Source of the DNA: an uncultured Actinomycetes bacterium
GTDB taxonomy: Bacteria; Actinomycetota; UBA4738; HRBIN12
Direction of reading: 5' to 3'
DNA: 64,000 nucleotides
NCBI GenBank assembly: GCA_963704725.1
Contig: OY969934.1
Span: 2,496,001 to 2,560,000, forward strand
In this document: one piece after another, positions 59,760-64,000 of the stretch
How positions within the stretch are numbered: position 1 is the stretch's first letter
Layout of the letters: each line of letters begins with the position of its first letter
Notes under the pieces: model-generated
What the model was told of the DNA's origin: nothing
Databases searched by the model: none
The model's input: only the letters and a program-made list of their open reading frames with translations
Made by a program: the position numbers and the translations under genes

Positions 59760-60752
59760 TCAGCGGCCGAGCCAGTCGTCGATCGCCGACTCGAGGTCGA
59801 GCTTGACGTCCTCGGGCGCGAAGGAGGCCCGGACCCCGTTCCTGGCCAGCCCGGCGATCTGGGGGTCGTCGAACCCGAAGACGCGACGGCACACCTCGTA
59901 CTCATCGCCGAGGAACGAGTGGAACATCGACGGGTCGTCGCTCGCCAGCGTGCATCGCAGGCCGGCGTCGACCATCGCCGGGAGCGGGTGCGCCTCGAGC
60001 GAGGGAACCGAGCGCGTCATCAGGTTCGACGTCGGGCACACGTCGAACGCGATCCCCCGGTCGCGGACCTCCTCGACGAGCGCGCGATCCTCCAGGACGC
60101 GGATCCCGTGACCGATCCGCTCCGCGCCGAGGGCCTCGATCGCTCCCCGGATCGAGGCCGGGCCGGCCGTCTCGCCCGCGTGCGGGATCGAGTGCAGCCC
60201 CCGCTCCCTGCCCTCCCGGAAGATCTCTCCGTAAGGCTCAGGCGGGAAACGCTCCTCCCCACCCAGACCGATCCCGATCACGCCGTCGCCGAGGTGGGCG
60301 GCGGCCACCTCCATGGCACGGCGGGAGTGCTCCATGTCGATCCCTCGCACCACGTCGACGTACGTCCGGCACACGATGCCGAACCGTCCCTCCCCCTCAG
60401 TCAGACCCTCGAGCACGGCAGCGAGCGTCTCGTCCCAATCGCGGACCCGGTCACGGTGATCCGGCAACGAGAACGACACCTCCGCGTAGCGGACGCCCTG
60501 GGCCGCCTCGTCCTGGCAGAGCTCGAGCGCGATCCGGTGGAAGTCCTCGGGCTCGCGCAGGCAGGCCAGGCCGGCCAGCCACTCGTCGATGAAGTGACGG
60601 AAGTCGCGGAACTCGTAGCGGCCCTCGCGCAGACCCTCGGGGAGGTCGACGCCGTAGCGCTCGGCGAGCTCGACGACCGTGGCGGGCCGCATCGAGCCCT
60701 CCAGATGCACGTGCAGGTCGACCTTGGGCAGGGCCAGGAGATCGCGAGGCAT
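59760..60752 (-). CDS. add: Adenosine/adenine deaminase
   Basis: LPKVDLHVHLEGS, HAGE, RIGHG, CPTSN and SDDP. Confidence 0.93.
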   Translation of the reverse strand: MPRDLLALPKVDLHVHLEGSMRPATVVELAERYGVDLPEGLREGRYEFRDFRHFIDEWLAGLACLREPEDFHRIALELCQDEAAQGVRYAEVSFSLPDHRDRVRDWDETLAAVLEGLTEGEGRFGIVCRTYVDVVRGIDMEHSRRAMEVAAAHLGDGVIGIGLGGEERFPPEPYGEIFREGRERGLHSIPHAGETAGPASIRGAIEALGAERIGHGIRVLEDRALVEEVRDRGIAFDVCPTSNLMTRSVPSLEAHPLPAMVDAGLRCTLASDDPSMFHSFLGDEYEVCRRVFGFDDPQIAGLARNGVRASFAPEDVKLDLESAIDDWLGR

Positions 60753-60800
60753 GGTCACGGGAGGCTACCGGACGCCCGGCGCCTCCCGTGACCTCACCGG

Positions 60801-62321
60801 TCAGCTTCCCGGCAGCTTGAGCAGGATGAGCTGTCCGCCCTCCCGCTTGAGCGTGAGGCCGGGGACCGTCGTCGTGTCCTGGTCCACGAACACGTTGTGC
60901 GCCTGCACGTCCACCAGCCATGCTCCCGGACCGAACGCGCTCGAGGCGTCGACGATGCCGCTGGATTCCCACGCCGGATCGAGCACGGCCGCCACGACGC
61001 TCCACGTCCGCGTCGCGAAGTCGTAGCGCCAGATCCGGGACTGCGGCGCCTGCGAGGTGTCCTCCTGGACCATGAGGCTGTTCGCGCTCGTGTCCACGTT
61101 GTCCGGCTGGTGCATGACGTCGGGGTTGTCGTAGCCGCCGAGGTCGTTGTCCAGCAGGATCGAGAAGCTGAGGACGTGCTGCGGGTCTGCCGGATCGAGG
61201 ACCATCCGGAAGACGCGCCCGTTCGGGTAGGGACCGTTCGTCGTGCTGCTGCCGCGGGCGAGCCGGCCCGTCGTGGGGTCGGGGATGGCTCGCCGCTCGC
61301 CGGTGTCGGCGAAGTACACGACGTTCGGGTCGTTCTTGTCGTAGGTGATGTCCTCGACGCGGATGAACTGGAACACGTTGTTGCCGTTCGACCACTGCTC
61401 CAGGCCCGCCTGAGGTGCCAGCGACGTGGTCCCGTCGGCGACGTCGTCGGGCACGGGGATGAACTCGCCCTGCCAGTCGTCGCCGACCACGATGTCGCCG
61501 TAGTCGTTCGCGCCGTTGAACGGGTCGCCGGATCGACCGAGCCGTCCTGGGTCGCCGTGACGCGGAACGCGAGCAGCGTTCCGTCGTCCGCGACGAGGTC
61601 GTCCGGCGTCGCCGCCGAGTACTGGTAGAGCTGCGACGACGGCGCGGCGAACGTGTCGTCGCCGGTGAGCGCCACGACCTCGTCCCAGCCGCCCGGCACG
61701 ACGACGGTGTTCTCGTGGTTCATCCGGCCCATCCCCGCAACGACGTCGAACGACGCCGGTCGCGACGTCGAGCGCGATCGCGTAGCCGGCCTCGCGGTTC
61801 GGCGCCAGGGCCGGGTCCGGGCCGTACGGGGCGCCCGCCGGGACGGCGAGGTCGTCGTCCGACTCCTCGTTCGTCAGGTAGACGTACCGGTCGAACCCCT
61901 GTGCCGGGCCGGCCATGAACGACGAGCAGAACCGGATGAACCCGGCCGACGGCGGGACGGCCACCGAAGCCGAGAGGATCTGCCCGCTGCTCGTTCGGAT
62001 GGTGAGCCGTGAGACGGACGAGTCGACGAAGTCCGCCAGGCCCAGGAACGGCACGCGCGACTGCTCGTGGTTCACGAACACGTCGATCGTGTGCTTGGTC
62101 CCCGGAGCGAAGCCGATCCCGTCCGGGAGACCCTCGAACGTGAAGTCCCCGATCGTGTCCCCGCTGTTGATCAGCGGTCGGATCGAGGACTTGGCCGGGG
62201 CCCCGGATGCGAGCGACAGCATGGGGGTCCGCTTCACCGGACCCGGCGCCGCCAGACCCGGAGCCGCCGTCACCACCAACGCTCCCAGCGCCAAGCTCAC
62301 CACAAGCCTGGATCGCCGCAT
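60801..62321 (-). CDS. Secreted PhoX/DUF839-like alkaline phosphatase with two compensating frameshifts (about 61754 and 61528)
   Basis: PDG, VNHE, RFCSS, TNEE, [alternative frame: MGRMNHEN...TGDD], FIRVED, PDN, QED, ESSG and DVQAH. The conserved GR..HEN segment lies in another frame. Confidence 0.85.
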   Translation of the reverse strand: MRRSRLVVSLALGALVVTAAPGLAAPGPVKRTPMLSLASGAPAKSSIRPLINSGDTIGDFTFEGLPDGIGFAPGTKHTIDVFVNHEQSRVPFLGLADFVDSSVSRLTIRTSSGQILSASVAVPPSAGFIRFCSSFMAGPAQGFDRYVYLTNEESDDDLAVPAGAPYGPDPALAPNREAGYAIALDVATGVVRRRCGDGPDEPREHRRRAGRLGRGRGAHRRRHVRRAVVAALPVLGGDAGRPRRGRRNAARVPRHGDPGRLGRSGDPFNGANDYGDIVVGDDWQGEFIPVPDDVADGTTSLAPQAGLEQWSNGNNVFQFIRVEDITYDKNDPNVVYFADTGERRAIPDPTTGRLARGSSTTNGPYPNGRVFRMVLDPADPQHVLSFSILLDNDLGGYDNPDVMHQPDNVDTSANSLMVQEDTSQAPQSRIWRYDFATRTWSVVAAVLDPAWESSGIVDASSAFGPGAWLVDVQAHNVFVDQDTTTVPGLTLKREGGQLILLKLPGS

Positions 62322-62399
62322 GCGCACCACCTCCCTCCCCCCGCCGCCCGCAGCGGCGGACCCACATCCTTACCCAACCGGCTTGGCTCGCGCGAGGGG

Positions 62400-63233
62400 T
62401 CAGCGCAGGAGGCGCGACAGGCGCCGGTCGGCGAGGACCTTGCCGCCGGTCTGGCACGTGGGGCAGTACACGACCTCGTGGGATTCGTAGGAGACCCGAC
62501 GGAGGTCGTCGCCGCAGACGGGGCAGGGCTCGCCGGCCCGGCCGTGCACCGTGAAGTGGTCGCCGATCTTCGTGGGCAGGCCGCCCGACCGGCGGCGCTC
62601 GGCGTCGAGCGCGTCGGTCAGGACGTCGTGGACGGCCGCCCGCAGGGCCTCGCGCTGGGCCCGGTCGAGCTGGGCCAGGGACGCGTACGGCGAGAGCTTC
62701 GCGCGGTGGAGCACGTCGTCCGTGTAGCCCCGCCCGAGCCCGGCCACCGTGCGCTGGTCGCGGAGGATCGTGTGGACGCGGCGCGGGTCGTCGCCTTCAC
62801 CGAGGAGGCGTTCGAACTCGGGCGTGTCGGGCTCGGGGCCGAGCTTGGCGAGCGGTCCCTCGTCGCCCTCGGCGAGCACCCACCACCCCGCCTTGCGCTC
62901 CCGGCCGAACTCCTTCACCAGCAGCGAGGGCCGGCCCTCGAACCGGAGCCGGACGACAGCCCCCCGGGGCTTCGTCGACTTCGGCGGGTCCTCGACGTCC
63001 ACGCGGCCGCCCTGCGACAGGTGCGCCAGGATCCGCGGGCCCCCGAGCTCGAACACCAGGTACTTGCCCCTCCGGCCGACCCGCTCGAGCGTGCGCCCGG
63101 TGAGCTCGGCGGCGCGGGGCGTGACGGTCTTCAGCGACGAGAACTGCAGCACGTCCGCGGCCGCGAACGGACCGCCCCCCACCGCGACGGTGAGCCGCTC
63201 GGCGAGCGCCTGCACCTCGGGGAGCTCGGGCAC
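62400..63233 (-). CDS. Fpg/Nei-family DNA glycosylase/AP lyase
   Basis: N-terminal PELPEV, RRGKYL, LGPE, DQ..VAGLG and Zn finger CPVC...CPTCQ. Confidence 0.95.
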   Translation of the reverse strand: MPELPEVQALAERLTVAVGGGPFAAADVLQFSSLKTVTPRAAELTGRTLERVGRRGKYLVFELGGPRILAHLSQGGRVDVEDPPKSTKPRGAVVRLRFEGRPSLLVKEFGRERKAGWWVLAEGDEGPLAKLGPEPDTPEFERLLGEGDDPRRVHTILRDQRTVAGLGRGYTDDVLHRAKLSPYASLAQLDRAQREALRAAVHDVLTDALDAERRRSGGLPTKIGDHFTVHGRAGEPCPVCGDDLRRVSYESHEVVYCPTCQTGGKVLADRRLSRLLR

Positions 63234-64000
63234 TAGGCCCCGTGGCCGCGGCGTCCGTACGGCCGGACCGACGACACGCGAGCCGGCCCGGCGGGCTGCG
63301 CCGTCGCGTTCCACCACGACGTGTCGGCATCGACCGGCGCGTTCGCGCGCATGGCCCTCGCCATCATGGTCACCAGCCGGATCGACGGCGGCCCCCAGCA
63401 GTGGGGCTGGTCCGCCCCGTACTCGAAGCTCGCGTCCGCGGCCGGATCCACCAGGGCCTCGACCACGTGCTGGAACGCCGAGACTCCGTTGTTCAGGAAG
63501 AAGGTGTCGTCGTCCCCGACGAACAGTCGCAGCTTGCCCGTGAGCGATCCGCCGATCGTCGGCCACCGGTCCTGCACGACCAGGGACAGGTCCATCGATC
63601 GCCATTGCTCGGCCACCGCGTGGTCGATCTCGCCGGTCTGCTTGTCCCAGATCGGCGCCGGATAGCCGTCGGCTCCCTGCGGCCCGTAGACCGCCTGCCA
63701 GATGTCCCACTGGCCGAGCTGCGAACGCCCGTGCGTGCCGAGCGCCGCCTCGAAGTGGTTCTCCTGCTCCATCGTCCACAGCGTGTCGCCCGGGACCGTC
63801 CTGGCCGAGGGCCGCGGTGTCTGTTCGAAGGGGTAGCCGTTGAAGTACGCGTTGGGGTCCGCGTAGACGTTCACGAGCTGGTGCCACTCGAAGCTCATCG
63901 AGTCCGGGCACAGCCCCCACGCCCCTCCGTAGAAGTGCGGGTAGAAGATCTGCTGCGCGAGCGCCTCCCACCCGCCGGTCGACGCTCCCGTGAGCGTCCG
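63233..64000 (-). CDS. Alpha/beta-hydrolase (enterochelin-esterase-like), 5' end beyond the window
   Basis: Open from the window edge: [14 protein letters not shown] (GxSxG), VGDDDTFFL and PHCW. Confidence 0.85.
   Translation of the reverse strand, partial: RTLTGASTGGWEALAQQIFYPHFYGGAWGLCPDSMSFEWHQLVNVYADPNAYFNGYPFEQTPRPSARTVPGDTLWTMEQENHFEAALGTHGRSQLGQWDIWQAVYGPQGADGYPAPIWDKQTGEIDHAVAEQWRSMDLSLVVQDRWPTIGGSLTGKLRLFVGDDDTFFLNNGVSAFQHVVEALVDPAADASFEYGADQPHCWGPPSIRLVTMMARAMRANAPVDADTSWWNATAQPAGPARVSSVRPYGRRGHGA

Overview
This is a very high-GC, densely coding bacterial window, most likely from an Actinomycetota lineage. The assignment rests on mycothiol- and F420-associated gene families, DUF2630, a LAL regulator and many leaderless TANNNT promoters. 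I found no rRNA, tRNA, CRISPR array, transposase or integrase. Most genes are ordinary: lon, MoxR/DUF58/DUF4129, two ABC exporters, three MFS transporters, a PAS kinase relay, S8 protease, SpoIID, adenosine deaminase, Fpg/Nei and a PhoX-like phosphatase. The standout is a two-gene NLR locus at 41692-44721. A small Bell-type helical protein and an NB-ARC/TPR STAND protein share a short motif (I-x-N-x-x-P-[VI]-x-[KR]-Q-I-N-[IV]-x-x-A-[DE]-x-V), at the effector C-terminus and the receptor N-terminus. In the receptor the motif is expanded with strict 6-residue periodicity. This is the layout expected of a prion-like amyloid signalling system, and the motif family may be new. Other notable items are a LAL regulator followed by a duplicated DUF4242-like + secreted barrel module, and a near-perfect 593-bp duplication in an Ig-repeat gene. 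The window also has a stand-alone ClpC N-domain with a Zn site opposite lon, an Xre/RES toxin-antitoxin pair with a long antitoxin, an orphan M15-like peptidase, and three cross-linking oxidases (lysyl oxidase, tyrosinase, heme peroxidase). Several 1-2 nt frameshifts may be assembly errors. All family calls come from reading motifs by eye, not from database searches.
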